64,000 nt of DNA, from IMG/VR virus record IMGVR_UViG_2974624810_000001, positions 1 through 64,000 of that record. One strand, given 5' to 3'. The notes beneath the pieces are model-generated. The model saw nothing but the letters and a program-made list of their open reading frames with translations. It made no database searches and was not told the origin of the DNA. Below are positions 16,070 to 25,892 of the stretch, one piece after another. Position 1 is the first letter of the stretch, and each line of letters begins with the position of its first letter. The DNA is from a virus (Duplodnaviria; Caudoviricetes). Made by a program: the position numbers and the translations under genes.

Positions 16070-16663
16070 TCAGTACCAACCCTTGTTCTTGAAGTGACCC
16101 CAAGCCTTGCAAGGAGTACCGTAACGCTTGTAGATGTAGTGGTCAAGACCCCATCGTACCTGCGTTCGAGGATTGGTCTTCCAGTCCTTTCCAGCCGCCT
16201 TCATCTTTGAGGCCGGTAGTGACTGAGGAATTCCATAAGCTCCAGAATAAGGATTCTTAGCCTTATAGTTCCAAGAAGACTCATGCTTCCAAAGAGGATT
16301 CAGACAGTTCCACTGCTTCTTCCATGACTTAGGATACTTCTTCTTGAGCTTACCCTTTGCGTAGTCCTTCGTGCTCGAAATTGACTTCGAGTAAGCAACA
16401 GGACTGATGCGTATTGTCGTAACCTTCGGCGTAGGCTTAACAGAAGGTGAAGATGTCAGACTTGGCTGTGGTGAATATACAGCCTTCGGTGCCTCACTCT
16501 CGCTTGGTGTTGCTTCTGGTGATGCTGAAGTGCTAGTCGCAGGCTTCTCAATTGAATCAAGGGGGAAGTTGCCTGTCTCAGATGCTGCGCTGACAAATAC
16601 TGCTGTTGCAACACCGAGAATCAGACTCGCTGCGGCTATGTTGCCCTTAGCACTGTTATCCAT
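16070..16663 (-). CDS. secreted/anchored lytic transglycosylase (SLT-like)
   Basis: N-terminal hydrophobic segment, S/P/T linker, WKHESSWN...SGAYGIPQ...NPRTQVRWGL.YI..RYG. GGAGG RBS and TTGACA-17-TAGAGT promoter (16753-16725). Confidence 0.85.
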   Translation of the reverse strand: MDNSAKGNIAAASLILGVATAVFVSAASETGNFPLDSIEKPATSTSASPEATPSESEAPKAVYSPQPSLTSSPSVKPTPKVTTIRISPVAYSKSISSTKDYAKGKLKKKYPKSWKKQWNCLNPLWKHESSWNYKAKNPYSGAYGIPQSLPASKMKAAGKDWKTNPRTQVRWGLDHYIYKRYGTPCKAWGHFKNKGWY

Positions 16664-16772
16664 AAGTATTAACCTCCAAGTAGTGAGCGGCAGTTGGATG
16701 ACTGCCACCCGGTCATGAGGTAAGACTCTACAGGTGTCTGAGTTCTGTGTCAACTCTGTAACAGATGTGTAA

Positions 16773-16940
16773 TCAAAGGATTACATGGCGATATGGAACA
16801 ATTTGAACGTTCTTAGCACCATCTGCTTCAAATTCACGCTTCTCAAGCCTAGCTGTATCAAGAGACACTAGTTCATTAGTCTCTTTCTGCTTACCGTCCA
16901 TAATGTACTTAAGGTAATACAGAGAGTTAGATGTATCCAT
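16773..16940 (-). CDS. hypothetical protein (55 aa)
   Basis: Manual translation MDTSNSLYY...RHVIL* with AAGGA RBS. Confidence 0.55.
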   Translation of the reverse strand: MDTSNSLYYLKYIMDGKQKETNELVSLDTARLEKREFEADGAKNVQIVPYRHVIL

Positions 16941-16979
16941 TCTTATTCCTTTTATTCTAGAAATGATTAAATCCCCCCC

Positions 16980-17378
16980 CCAGCGTGCCTAGAGTGATTA
17001 TCACTCGCTGTTGAGTCTACGTCACTGCCACGACAAGGGCCTCACAGTCACACGCGCCTTGTCCTCTGGTGCTAGCCTTTGCTAGCTTCTTCACTTTATA
17101 TTTCCAGGCTCAGTATAGACTTGGCGGAAGAACGGGTCAAGAAGGCCATTAGACTACGAAGACAGTGACATTCGTAGAATTTGTCTATACCACAGCTATG
17201 TGTGACGCAGTTAGCCTCTGCCGCCTGCCCCTTGTCGTCCATGTGGCTAGGGTCCTGTTATTTCAAGGAAGGAGCACTCTGGGGCAAATAAAAAGGACCC
17301 CGGAGGCTCGCCCCCTCCAGGGTCCTGTCTAGACTTACGTCTAGTATCCCACGCTGGGGCGAGCAGCATGTGTTGTTA
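16980..17378 (-). ncRNA. candidate structured non-coding RNA/leader
   Basis: Promoter TTGCAC-17-TATGGT (17412-17384), terminator 17290-17326 and nested long-range helices in 17027-17247. Confidence 0.45.
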
Positions 17379-17493
17379 TCAACACCATACCACACGGTCG
17401 CAGCGTGTGCAAATCTGTCACAATTGAGCCATGACTCAACCACTGATATAATCGTAGCATAGCCCGTAGGGCATGTCAACAGAAGGGAAAGCT

Positions 17494-18462
17494 ATGGATA
17501 TCAGCTTTTCAACGATTCCGGGCAATTTGAACACGACCATTGGATATGGCGTGGCCGGATTCAACATGGTTCGCAGTCTACAGAAGCTAGGACATAGAGT
17601 CCCTTTTGCAGATAAGAACTGTCCGATTGAAATCTTCTTTGCTCAACCAGAATACTGGGAATGGAGCAACCAGTTCACCTATCATATCGGATACACTCCA
17701 TGGGAGTCAACAGCACTGCCAGCAGGCTGGCTGGAACAGATGAATCTTGCTGATGAGGTGTGGACTACATCAGAACTCATTCGGAGATGGTACACGGCAG
17801 CCGGTGTGAAGAATGTAAAGGTCTATCCACATGGAATTGACCCTCAGTGGACTCCAAAGAAGCGAAATGTCTACGAGAAGATGCGTTTTCTTCACATGGG
17901 AGAGCCTGCACCTCGAAAGGGTGGACAGATGGCAGTCGATGCATTCCGGGCGGCATTTGGAGACAAATCTGATGTAGAACTGACTGTCAAGGCTCACAGA
18001 CTGAACAACACTAGACGTATGTTCGATGGACGCATCCTTGGACCTATTACAGACTACAGCAATGTCAAACTGGTTACACAAGAACTTCCAGAAGACCACC
18101 TGGTAAGCTTTGTGAAGTCATATCACGTCATGGTCTATCCAAGTTGGGGAGAAGGCTTCGGTCTCATTCCGTTCCAGGCGATAGCCACAGGAATGCCTAC
18201 AATCTGCACTGAGAAATGGGCACAATACAAGAGCTATCTGGGACCACTGGGAATTAACTCAAAGCTCACAGAGTCACCATGGCCCGGCGTTCATCCAGGA
18301 AAGATGCTGGAACCAAGCTTCGATGACCTTGTGGATAAGTATCGTTACGCATACGAGAATTTCGACAGCTTGAGCAATCAATTCTACGCTCAGGCACCCA
18401 AGTTGCACGAAGAGTACAACTGGGAAAAACTCACTGAACAGGCTTTCGCCCACTTGATTTAG
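17494..18462 (+). CDS. glycosyltransferase (GT-B/GT4)
   Basis: PHGID, RKGG and VYPSWGEGFGLIPFQAIATGMP. Promoter TTGAGC-17-TATAAT. Confidence 0.9.
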   Translation: MDISFSTIPGNLNTTIGYGVAGFNMVRSLQKLGHRVPFADKNCPIEIFFAQPEYWEWSNQFTYHIGYTPWESTALPAGWLEQMNLADEVWTTSELIRRWYTAAGVKNVKVYPHGIDPQWTPKKRNVYEKMRFLHMGEPAPRKGGQMAVDAFRAAFGDKSDVELTVKAHRLNNTRRMFDGRILGPITDYSNVKLVTQELPEDHLVSFVKSYHVMVYPSWGEGFGLIPFQAIATGMPTICTEKWAQYKSYLGPLGINSKLTESPWPGVHPGKMLEPSFDDLVDKYRYAYENFDSLSNQFYAQAPKLHEEYNWEKLTEQAFAHLI

Positions 18463-18539
18463 GTGGGCGTTTGCTGTAGCATAGTAGAACTACGCGATGA
18501 TAGCCGTGTCTTACAAGCACGGCTCGAAGGGATTTTGTT

Positions 18540-20480
18540 TTGCTAATTGATGAAAAGGGATTCCTCAAGGACCCTTACAGAAACTTCATCCACACTAGTC
18601 GATACGCAAGGTACCGTGATGACCTTGGACGACGTGAGACTTATGTGGAAACTGTTGACAGATACATGAATTACATGGTCAACAGCCTTAAAAAGAATCA
18701 CGGATACGATGTTCCCGCAGCAGACTTCAAGCTGGTACGGGAATTTATTCTTGCTCAGGCCAGTATGCCTTCCATGCGTGCCATGATGACAGCAGGCCCG
18801 GCACTTGATAGAGACAATGTAGCAGCTTATAACTGTTCTTATGTAACTATTGATGACCCACGAGCATTCGATGAGACTCTTTACATTCTCATGAATGGAA
18901 CTGGTGTCGGCTTCTCTGTTGAGGAAAAGTACGTTCGAAAGCTTCCTGTTATTGCAGAAGAGTTCGAGGCTACAGAAACAGTAATCAAGGTTGCTGATAG
19001 TAAGGAAGGCTGGGCACGAGCATATCGTGAACTACTTAGCCTTCTATGGGGTGGTCGTGTTCCTCGTTGGGATACCTCTAAGGTACGCCCAGCAGGCGCT
19101 AGGCTAAAGACTTTTGGTGGTAGGGCATCTGGTCCTGGTCCATTGGAGCAGCTATTTCAGTTCACCATTGACATCTTTACCAAGGCTGCCGGGCGTCAGC
19201 TTACTTCCCTTGAGGCTCATGACCTTGTTTGTAAGATTGCAGAAGTTGTCGTTGTTGGTGGAGTAAGGCGCTCAGCGCTTATTTCACTTTCCGACCTTTC
19301 TGACCTTCGTCTGGCAACAGCAAAGGCCGGTAATTGGTGGGAAAACAATGGCCAGCGTGCCCTTGCAAACAACTCAGTAGCTTACACCAGCAAGCCTGAC
19401 ATGACAGCCTTTATGGCTGAATGGAAGAACCTCTACGATTCCAAGTCTGGAGAACGTGGAATCTTCAATAGGCAGGCTGCAAAGGCTCAGGTACTTAAGA
19501 ATCAAAGGCGAGATGCTGATTTCGACTTCGGAACTAATCCATGTAGCGAAATTATCCTTCGACCTAACCAGTTCTGTAACCTGACTGAGGTTGTTGTCCG
19601 ACCAGAAGACACTGTTGAAACTCTGATGCTTAAGGTCGGAGCTGCTACGGTTCTGGGAACATGGCAGTCAACTCTGACTAACTTCAAGTACCTTCGCAAG
19701 GTCTGGAAGAAGAACACAGAGGAAGAGAGACTACTTGGCGTCTCTCTTACCGGCCAGTTCGGTAACAGACTGATGTCAGGCCAGGAAGGCACAAAGGAGC
19801 TTGCAGATGCCCTTGAAGCACTCAAGTACAAGGCGGTAGCAGTAAATGCTCAGGTTGCCGATGCAATTGGTATTCCTCGTTCTGCTGCAATCACTTGTGT
19901 CAAGCCTTCTGGAACTGTTTCTCAGCTAGTGGGTGTTCCTTCTGGAATGCACACAGAGCATGACCACTTCTACATTCGAACGGTGCGAGGAGACAACAAG
20001 GACCCTCTTACTCAGTTCCTCAAGGATAGTGGAGTTCCAAATGAGCCTGATGTAATGAAGCCCAATGACACGACAGTCTTTAGCTTCCCTAAGAAGGCAG
20101 CAGAAGGCGCGCTCACTCGAAACGACCTTACGGCAATTGAGCACCTTGAGATTTGGCTAGCTTACCAGCGACACTGGTGTGAGCACAAGCCATCTATCAC
20201 GGTCTCTGTCAAGGACCACGAGTGGATGGAAGTAGGAGCTTGGGTTTACAAGCACTTCGATGAAGTGTCTGGAATTTCATTCCTTCCATTCTCAGAGCAC
20301 ACATACAAGCAGGCTCCATATCAGACCATTACCGAAGCAGAATACAAGGAATGGCTTGAGAAGATGCCTGACGAGATTCAGTGGGACCTTCTTCCAACTT
20401 ACGAGGAGGGCGACAATACGACTGGTTCTCAGGAACTTGCGTGTTCAGCAGGCGCTTGCGAAGTCGTTGATATTGGCTGA
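18540..20480 (+). CDS. nrdJ: class II (B12-dependent) ribonucleotide reductase
   Basis: YNCSY, GTNPCSEI, TCVKPSGT and C-terminal CSAGAC. No beta subunit nearby. Confidence 0.93.
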   Translation: MLIDEKGFLKDPYRNFIHTSRYARYRDDLGRRETYVETVDRYMNYMVNSLKKNHGYDVPAADFKLVREFILAQASMPSMRAMMTAGPALDRDNVAAYNCSYVTIDDPRAFDETLYILMNGTGVGFSVEEKYVRKLPVIAEEFEATETVIKVADSKEGWARAYRELLSLLWGGRVPRWDTSKVRPAGARLKTFGGRASGPGPLEQLFQFTIDIFTKAAGRQLTSLEAHDLVCKIAEVVVVGGVRRSALISLSDLSDLRLATAKAGNWWENNGQRALANNSVAYTSKPDMTAFMAEWKNLYDSKSGERGIFNRQAAKAQVLKNQRRDADFDFGTNPCSEIILRPNQFCNLTEVVVRPEDTVETLMLKVGAATVLGTWQSTLTNFKYLRKVWKKNTEEERLLGVSLTGQFGNRLMSGQEGTKELADALEALKYKAVAVNAQVADAIGIPRSAAITCVKPSGTVSQLVGVPSGMHTEHDHFYIRTVRGDNKDPLTQFLKDSGVPNEPDVMKPNDTTVFSFPKKAAEGALTRNDLTAIEHLEIWLAYQRHWCEHKPSITVSVKDHEWMEVGAWVYKHFDEVSGISFLPFSEHTYKQAPYQTITEAEYKEWLEKMPDEIQWDLLPTYEEGDNTTGSQELACSAGACEVVDIG

Positions 20481-20482
20481 GA

Positions 20483-20510
20483 AAAGCCCGGCAATCAATG
20501 CCGGGCTTTC
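20483..20510 (+). terminator. intrinsic terminator
   Basis: AAAGCCCGGCA-ATCAA-TGCCGGGCTTT. Confidence 0.8.
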
Positions 20511-20565
20511 TTGCTTCATATACCATACCTCCTTATACTATTAATCGAAGGAGGTGAATGCGAAA

Positions 20566-21576
20566 ATGGCAACACCAATGACATCCTCACAGATTGTGGC
20601 TCAGCTAAAGAAGTGGGGAATCAAGTATGCCGAATACAAGAGCTGGGAAACTCACAATCGTAATCATATAGGAAAGTGGGGTCCCGTACATGGATTCATG
20701 GTCCACCACACAGGTTCTGACTCAAAGGACCAGCGTGACGTTCTTTACGATGGAATTTCTGGACTTCCAGGCCCTCTCTGCCACTTTGGTCTAGCACAGG
20801 ACGGAACCGTTCATCTAATTGGATGGGGTCGTGCAAATCACGCTGGCGCAGGAGACCCAGACGTTCTAGAGGCGGTAATCAATGAAAGCTATGGAGCCAA
20901 TCCTCCAGTAGACAATGAGTCTTCTGTTGACGGAAATGCTCGATTCTACGGAGTCGAGATTTGGTATTCAGGTTCTCATGCAATGACTTCTGCCCAGTAT
21001 GCAACACTACGCAAGCTTGCTGCTGCTATCTGTGACTTCCATGACTGGAGCGAAAAGTCTGTAATTGGTCACGGTGAATGGGGAAGCCCAGGAAAGTGGG
21101 ACCCAGGTATTTCATCTGGAAAGATGATGAACATGGCAGAGGTTCGAGCAGACATTAAGACCACCCTTGCTGGTGGTTCTTCAAAGCCTGTTCCAGCCGA
21201 CCCACCACCAACCAAGCCAGATGATGCAGCAACGTATCACACTGTAGTCAAGGGTGACACCCTGTGGTCTCTTGCTGAAAAGTACAAGACCAGTGTGGCA
21301 AATCTCGTCCGTTGGAATAACCTAAAGGACGCAGAGGAGCTTTCCATTGGTCAGAAGCTAAGAGTCAAGGCACCAACGACAGGAGGTGGAACTGTGGCAA
21401 CCAAGACTGCTGGATATAAGGAAGTCTGGGACCTAGATGTGGCAACGCCACCAAAGGGTCATGAGACTGCCGACAATAAGACTTGGGCTCCTATGTCAAT
21501 TCTTCGTGGAATCTACGAAAAGCTTGACGACGTACAGAAGCGTCTAGCTGCAATTGAAAAGAAGCTCGGTGTCTGA
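20566..21576 (+). CDS. endolysin (N-acetylmuramoyl-L-alanine amidase + LysM)
   Basis: HHTG, GRANHAG, GVEI, VIGHGEW...KWDPG and LysM HTVVKGDTLWSLA. Confidence 0.92.
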   Translation: MATPMTSSQIVAQLKKWGIKYAEYKSWETHNRNHIGKWGPVHGFMVHHTGSDSKDQRDVLYDGISGLPGPLCHFGLAQDGTVHLIGWGRANHAGAGDPDVLEAVINESYGANPPVDNESSVDGNARFYGVEIWYSGSHAMTSAQYATLRKLAAAICDFHDWSEKSVIGHGEWGSPGKWDPGISSGKMMNMAEVRADIKTTLAGGSSKPVPADPPPTKPDDAATYHTVVKGDTLWSLAEKYKTSVANLVRWNNLKDAEELSIGQKLRVKAPTTGGGTVATKTAGYKEVWDLDVATPPKGHETADNKTWAPMSILRGIYEKLDDVQKRLAAIEKKLGV

Positions 21577-21719
21577 TATACTCTAAGTACAGCCTATGGA
21601 AATGAGTCCGGGTTGTCTAGGGCGCTGCGTGCAGCGCTACTTAGGGTGGTTATACTATTACTGTCAAGGCCCCAGTCTACGGATTGGGGCTTTTGGCATT
21701 TCAGTGGTAAAATCAATAT

Positions 21720-23462
21720 ATGTCTTACCAACTACAAGTTCTCGCAGATAATCCATTCAGCTATTGGAAGCTGGATGAGACAGGTCCAGCTTTCCCAGAT
21801 TCGGCCGGAAGCATGAGGACCGCTGACCTAGTGGGAACCATCGTACGTCACCCTGCCCTTGTAACAGGTTCAGGCAGTGCTCTCGTATTGAGTAATACGA
21901 ACCACCTGGATATGGACGACCCTGTTTTCAACAAAGGCTACGAGCTACGTCAGTTCTCTCTAGAGGCATGGGTGAAGCCAGTCAACGTCTCTGGTGAAGT
22001 ATCTGTCATGAGCCATTCTGGCATTTATGACGGCATTACAATCACGCCAACTCACATCTATTTCAGGACAAAGTATCTGACGGCCGGAACGTGTGAGACC
22101 TCATATGAATACGAGACTGGTAAGTCATTCCACGTTGTAGGTGTCCACACCAATGCAAAGAACTCTCTATATGTTGATGGAGTTCTTGTTGATGAGACAG
22201 ACCTTACAGATGACCAGCAGGTTGACGCTTATTCATTCCTGACAACAGACCTTATTGGTGGACAAAGCTCAACAGCAAGCACCATCGCCCTTGACGCACC
22301 GGCCATTTATTCATCATCCATTTCAGCAGACGCCATTTCAAAGCACTATTCTTATGGTGTTGATGTTGACTCCAGCGAAGGAATTGCTGGTTTCCATGAT
22401 GCCACTTTCTGGAATTTCTCTGATGAGAAGCGCAAGATTGCGGCAGCCAGGGAATGGACTCTGGAAGCTGATTGGAAGACTGGCGTATTGACAGATATCG
22501 CGGTAGCGAATGACACCATTGTTCCCTCATATACGCAGTCAGAATCAGAAGTTGTAGAAGATGGTCTGATTGTCCCAGTCTACACAAACACTTCTCTTCC
22601 AGGAATCTGGCAGTCAAGCATTTCATTGGGTGAGGCTCCAGAAACAACACTGGCAGATATGAAGATTGAATGGCTTGGCGAGGGAGACTTTACAGTCGAA
22701 TACTCACTGGACGATGGAACGACATGGAAGAATCCAAATCTGGCACCAACAGAATCTCTTGACAATTCAGATGTGATTGATGTCAGAATATCCTTCGATG
22801 GTGGCATTGTCGATGACCCTAGCTATGTAAGCTCTCTCAGTGTTGTTATTTATATAGACAAGACATTTGCCGGAAGCAGAGCTGACCGAGACGCATCAAT
22901 GTCAGGAAATGGCCTAGCAAGTCAAGAATATTTTGAACCCATTGAGTATGCAGACTTCAATGGAATTCGTCTGCTCTCTGGTGCAATCAATACCACAATA
23001 GATGATTCATATGAAGGTGAAGAGGAAGCGGGAGACCTCGACATCACTGGATTTGATATGTGGATAAAGCCTGTCGCTGGAAACATTCTATCTGCGACCG
23101 GCATTAGTGTGGCTCGTTCTGGAAACACCATTACCTTCTCTGGCCTCAGTACCCTTGTCGTCAATGGAGTATCAGTAACCAGTGGAGCAACTGTATTCAC
23201 ATCAGACAGTTGGTACCATATCTCAGGAATCTTCTCTGCACCAGGCAATCACGCATTGACAATAGGAGCAGCGAACAGTTTGGTCAGTCAGCTTTCTGTT
23301 ATTAGTGCAGACCTCACACTGGCAGGTTTGCAGCAGCTCTATGCAGCCTATCTAGGTTTGCCAGGAGTCACAGTGAATGACAGTTCTGTTGTTGAAATTG
23401 CTGAAGCAGCGCCTCCAACCAATTTGTACGCGCATGTCTGGGGAATTACTCCAGCAGGATAA
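21720..23462 (+). CDS. LamG/concanavalin-like virion protein
   Basis: YWKLDE, FSLEAWVKP and LYVDG. Confidence 0.75.
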   Translation: MSYQLQVLADNPFSYWKLDETGPAFPDSAGSMRTADLVGTIVRHPALVTGSGSALVLSNTNHLDMDDPVFNKGYELRQFSLEAWVKPVNVSGEVSVMSHSGIYDGITITPTHIYFRTKYLTAGTCETSYEYETGKSFHVVGVHTNAKNSLYVDGVLVDETDLTDDQQVDAYSFLTTDLIGGQSSTASTIALDAPAIYSSSISADAISKHYSYGVDVDSSEGIAGFHDATFWNFSDEKRKIAAAREWTLEADWKTGVLTDIAVANDTIVPSYTQSESEVVEDGLIVPVYTNTSLPGIWQSSISLGEAPETTLADMKIEWLGEGDFTVEYSLDDGTTWKNPNLAPTESLDNSDVIDVRISFDGGIVDDPSYVSSLSVVIYIDKTFAGSRADRDASMSGNGLASQEYFEPIEYADFNGIRLLSGAINTTIDDSYEGEEEAGDLDITGFDMWIKPVAGNILSATGISVARSGNTITFSGLSTLVVNGVSVTSGATVFTSDSWYHISGIFSAPGNHALTIGAANSLVSQLSVISADLTLAGLQQLYAAYLGLPGVTVNDSSVVEIAEAAPPTNLYAHVWGITPAG

Positions 23463-23525
23463 CGAAAAGACCCTCATGTCGAGGGTCTTTTTGCTTAATA
23501 ATGCCAATGTGCTTAATATATCACT

Positions 23526-23861
23526 ATGAACAAGACCAAAATGCAGACAGTAGACGAAGCTGCATACGGAGTTTATGTATGGGAAATGCCTGATGGCCGA
23601 TGGGTCGGAGACGACGAAGGTAACTGGCTTTCCATTGCAGCTATGAAGGGTGACCTCAAGCGCATCAATGAACTCACTCAGGCAGCTCGTCATTACGGAA
23701 TCATGGTTGGCCAGCCGCTATTTCTTTCCGGTCATCGTAAGATTGACGATGACGAATTCGAATATCAGAAGCAGCGTCAGGCATTCGGTCTCATTCCGGA
23801 CGAACATGACATCCCAGCTCTCGTAAGTGAGCAGATTTACAAGGAGCACAATGACCAGTAA
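23526..23861 (+). CDS. conserved phage hypothetical protein
   Basis: ORF immediately upstream of portal. Confidence 0.75.
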   Translation: MNKTKMQTVDEAAYGVYVWEMPDGRWVGDDEGNWLSIAAMKGDLKRINELTQAARHYGIMVGQPLFLSGHRKIDDDEFEYQKQRQAFGLIPDEHDIPALVSEQIYKEHNDQ

Positions 23862-25431
23862 TCGAGTTGTAGAGGCAGAGCCAGAAGAAGAGAGAGTAAT
23901 CGAAGTCTCTCTTGGCAATGAGTACAGTCGTGATATTTCTCACGACCCTGACCCATTTGCAAAGTCAGCAGATGAGCTGAACAAGAGTCTCGATGGTCTT
24001 TCACGTTCCTTCAAGATTCGCACCACGAAGTCTTTGCAGAAGTTCTATCGTGGTGTAGATGGTGCTGCCTCAAAGAAGGAAGAAAGCCAGGAGGTCACAG
24101 GTTACAATGCCTTCCAGGTAATGCTTCCTCCATACAATCTCGATTACCTGGCGAAGCTTTACGAAGTAAGCTCTCCACACTATGCCTCTGTAAAGGCAAA
24201 GGTTTCCAACATTGTTGGTCTAGGTTATGACCTAGTCGAAACGTCAGCAGCAAAGCGTAAGCTTGACCAGATTGAAGGCGAAGAGAAGACCAAGAAGGCC
24301 CGGAACAAGCTGGAAATAGAAAAGGAAAGAATCAAGGAATGGATTGCTAGCTGCAATGAAGAAGACGACTTCCTTGAGACCCTTATCAAGGTATGGACTG
24401 ACTATGAGGTAACAGGAAATGGCTACCTTGAAATCGGCAGAAAGTCCAATGGCGAAATTGGATATCTTGGCCACGTACCAAGCACCACAATGAGAATCAG
24501 ACAGCGAAGAGATGGATTTGTTCAAATCATCTCCAATAAGGCTGTGTTCTTCCGAAACTTCGGAGACAGTGAGACAACGGACCCGGTAGGAAATGACAGT
24601 AGACCAAATGAAGTCATCCACATTAAGAAGTACGCTCCAAGCAATGGGTATTACGGAATCCCTGACATCGTGGCAGCTAAGGCTGCTGTCGCAGGTAATG
24701 AGTTCGCCACCCGATTCAACTTGGACTATTTCGAGAACAAGGCTGTTCCTAGGTATGTCATTGTCATCAAGGGAGGAAAGCTCAGCCCAGCAGCAGAGCG
24801 ACGAATCACTGAGTTCTTCCAGACTTCCCTAAAGGGAAAGAATCACAGAACTCTTTACGTTCCTCTTCCACCTGATGAGCAGGACCGTAAGACCAGCTTT
24901 GAAATGAAGCCTGTGGAGGCCGGTACTCAGGACAGCTCATTCAACAATTACCGAAAGGGCAATCTGAGCGATATCCTTATGGCTCACCGAGTTCCTATTA
25001 CCAAGGTAGGTCTTGCAGAAGGTGCAAGTCTAGCAGTCGCACGTGACGCAGACAAGACCTTCAAGGAGCAGGTATGTCGTCCAGAGCAGACCATTTTCGA
25101 AAACAAGCTGAACAAGATTATGCGTGAGGTCACTGACGTATTCCTTATCCATCTCAATGAGCTTTCACTTACTGACGAGGACACTCAGAGCAAGATTGAT
25201 GAGCGTGCAATTCGCAATCAGTGGACTACCCCTAACGAGATTCGTGCTCGTCAGGGTAAGCCAGGTCTTCCAGGTGGTGACAAGGTGGTCGAGCAGAAGC
25301 CACAGCAGAAGGCAGAGGCCAACGCTCAGGCAAATGGAACAAGGACTCGTGACCAGAACCGTGCTGCCAATTCTCCGGATTCTTCAGGAGAGGCCCGGCA
25401 GCCAAAGGGCGAAGGTAGAGCAACAGCATGA
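23851..25431 (+). CDS. portal protein
   Basis: GNGYLEI, YYGIPD, YFENKAVP, ILMAHRVP and TPNEIR. Confidence 0.92.
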   Translation: MTSNRVVEAEPEEERVIEVSLGNEYSRDISHDPDPFAKSADELNKSLDGLSRSFKIRTTKSLQKFYRGVDGAASKKEESQEVTGYNAFQVMLPPYNLDYLAKLYEVSSPHYASVKAKVSNIVGLGYDLVETSAAKRKLDQIEGEEKTKKARNKLEIEKERIKEWIASCNEEDDFLETLIKVWTDYEVTGNGYLEIGRKSNGEIGYLGHVPSTTMRIRQRRDGFVQIISNKAVFFRNFGDSETTDPVGNDSRPNEVIHIKKYAPSNGYYGIPDIVAAKAAVAGNEFATRFNLDYFENKAVPRYVIVIKGGKLSPAAERRITEFFQTSLKGKNHRTLYVPLPPDEQDRKTSFEMKPVEAGTQDSSFNNYRKGNLSDILMAHRVPITKVGLAEGASLAVARDADKTFKEQVCRPEQTIFENKLNKIMREVTDVFLIHLNELSLTDEDTQSKIDERAIRNQWTTPNEIRARQGKPGLPGGDKVVEQKPQQKAEANAQANGTRTRDQNRAANSPDSSGEARQPKGEGRATA

Positions 25432-25892
25432 CAGCTAAGATATGGTACAAGACAGACGAAGTTGCTAGAGGCTTGAGAAAGCCAATCAATACGGCTGCAA
25501 TCTCCATCATGGGTGCTTACACATTCATATGGGGATTGTGGCTGGCTTTGCCGTGGGCAACATTTGCAAGGAGCCCAGTATACGACATGATGACAAATCT
25601 TGCGCCGGAACTGGTATGGGGAATTGCTGCAATGTGTATTGGTGCAGTAATCCTCTATGGAGTATGGAACCAAACCTACAAGGCATTGCTTCGAGGAGCA
25701 CTGGCAGGCTTTTACTACTGGTTTGTTGTCAGTGGTTTCTACATGATTGGAAGCTGGCACTCAGTAGCATGGATTAATGCGTTCATGGTAGCCATCTATT
25801 GCGCCTTTGTAGGTATCAACCTAAGAGTCAATCGAAAGACTGTTGACTCTAGTTTGCATGATAATAAAGAAGTGAATAAGATAAGACCATGA
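25428..25892 (+). CDS. multi-TM membrane protein
   Basis: Four hydrophobic segments. Confidence 0.7.
   Translation: MTAKIWYKTDEVARGLRKPINTAAISIMGAYTFIWGLWLALPWATFARSPVYDMMTNLAPELVWGIAAMCIGAVILYGVWNQTYKALLRGALAGFYYWFVVSGFYMIGSWHSVAWINAFMVAIYCAFVGINLRVNRKTVDSSLHDNKEVNKIRP

Noticed and set aside
16664-16725. c-di-AMP (ydaO) riboswitch ahead of the transglycosylase
   Set aside because: The predicted leader is only about 55 nt with one hairpin, which is too short.
16980-17380. tmRNA, RNase P RNA or self-splicing intron
   Set aside because: No tRNA-like ends or recognisable catalytic consensus seen, and it does not interrupt a gene.
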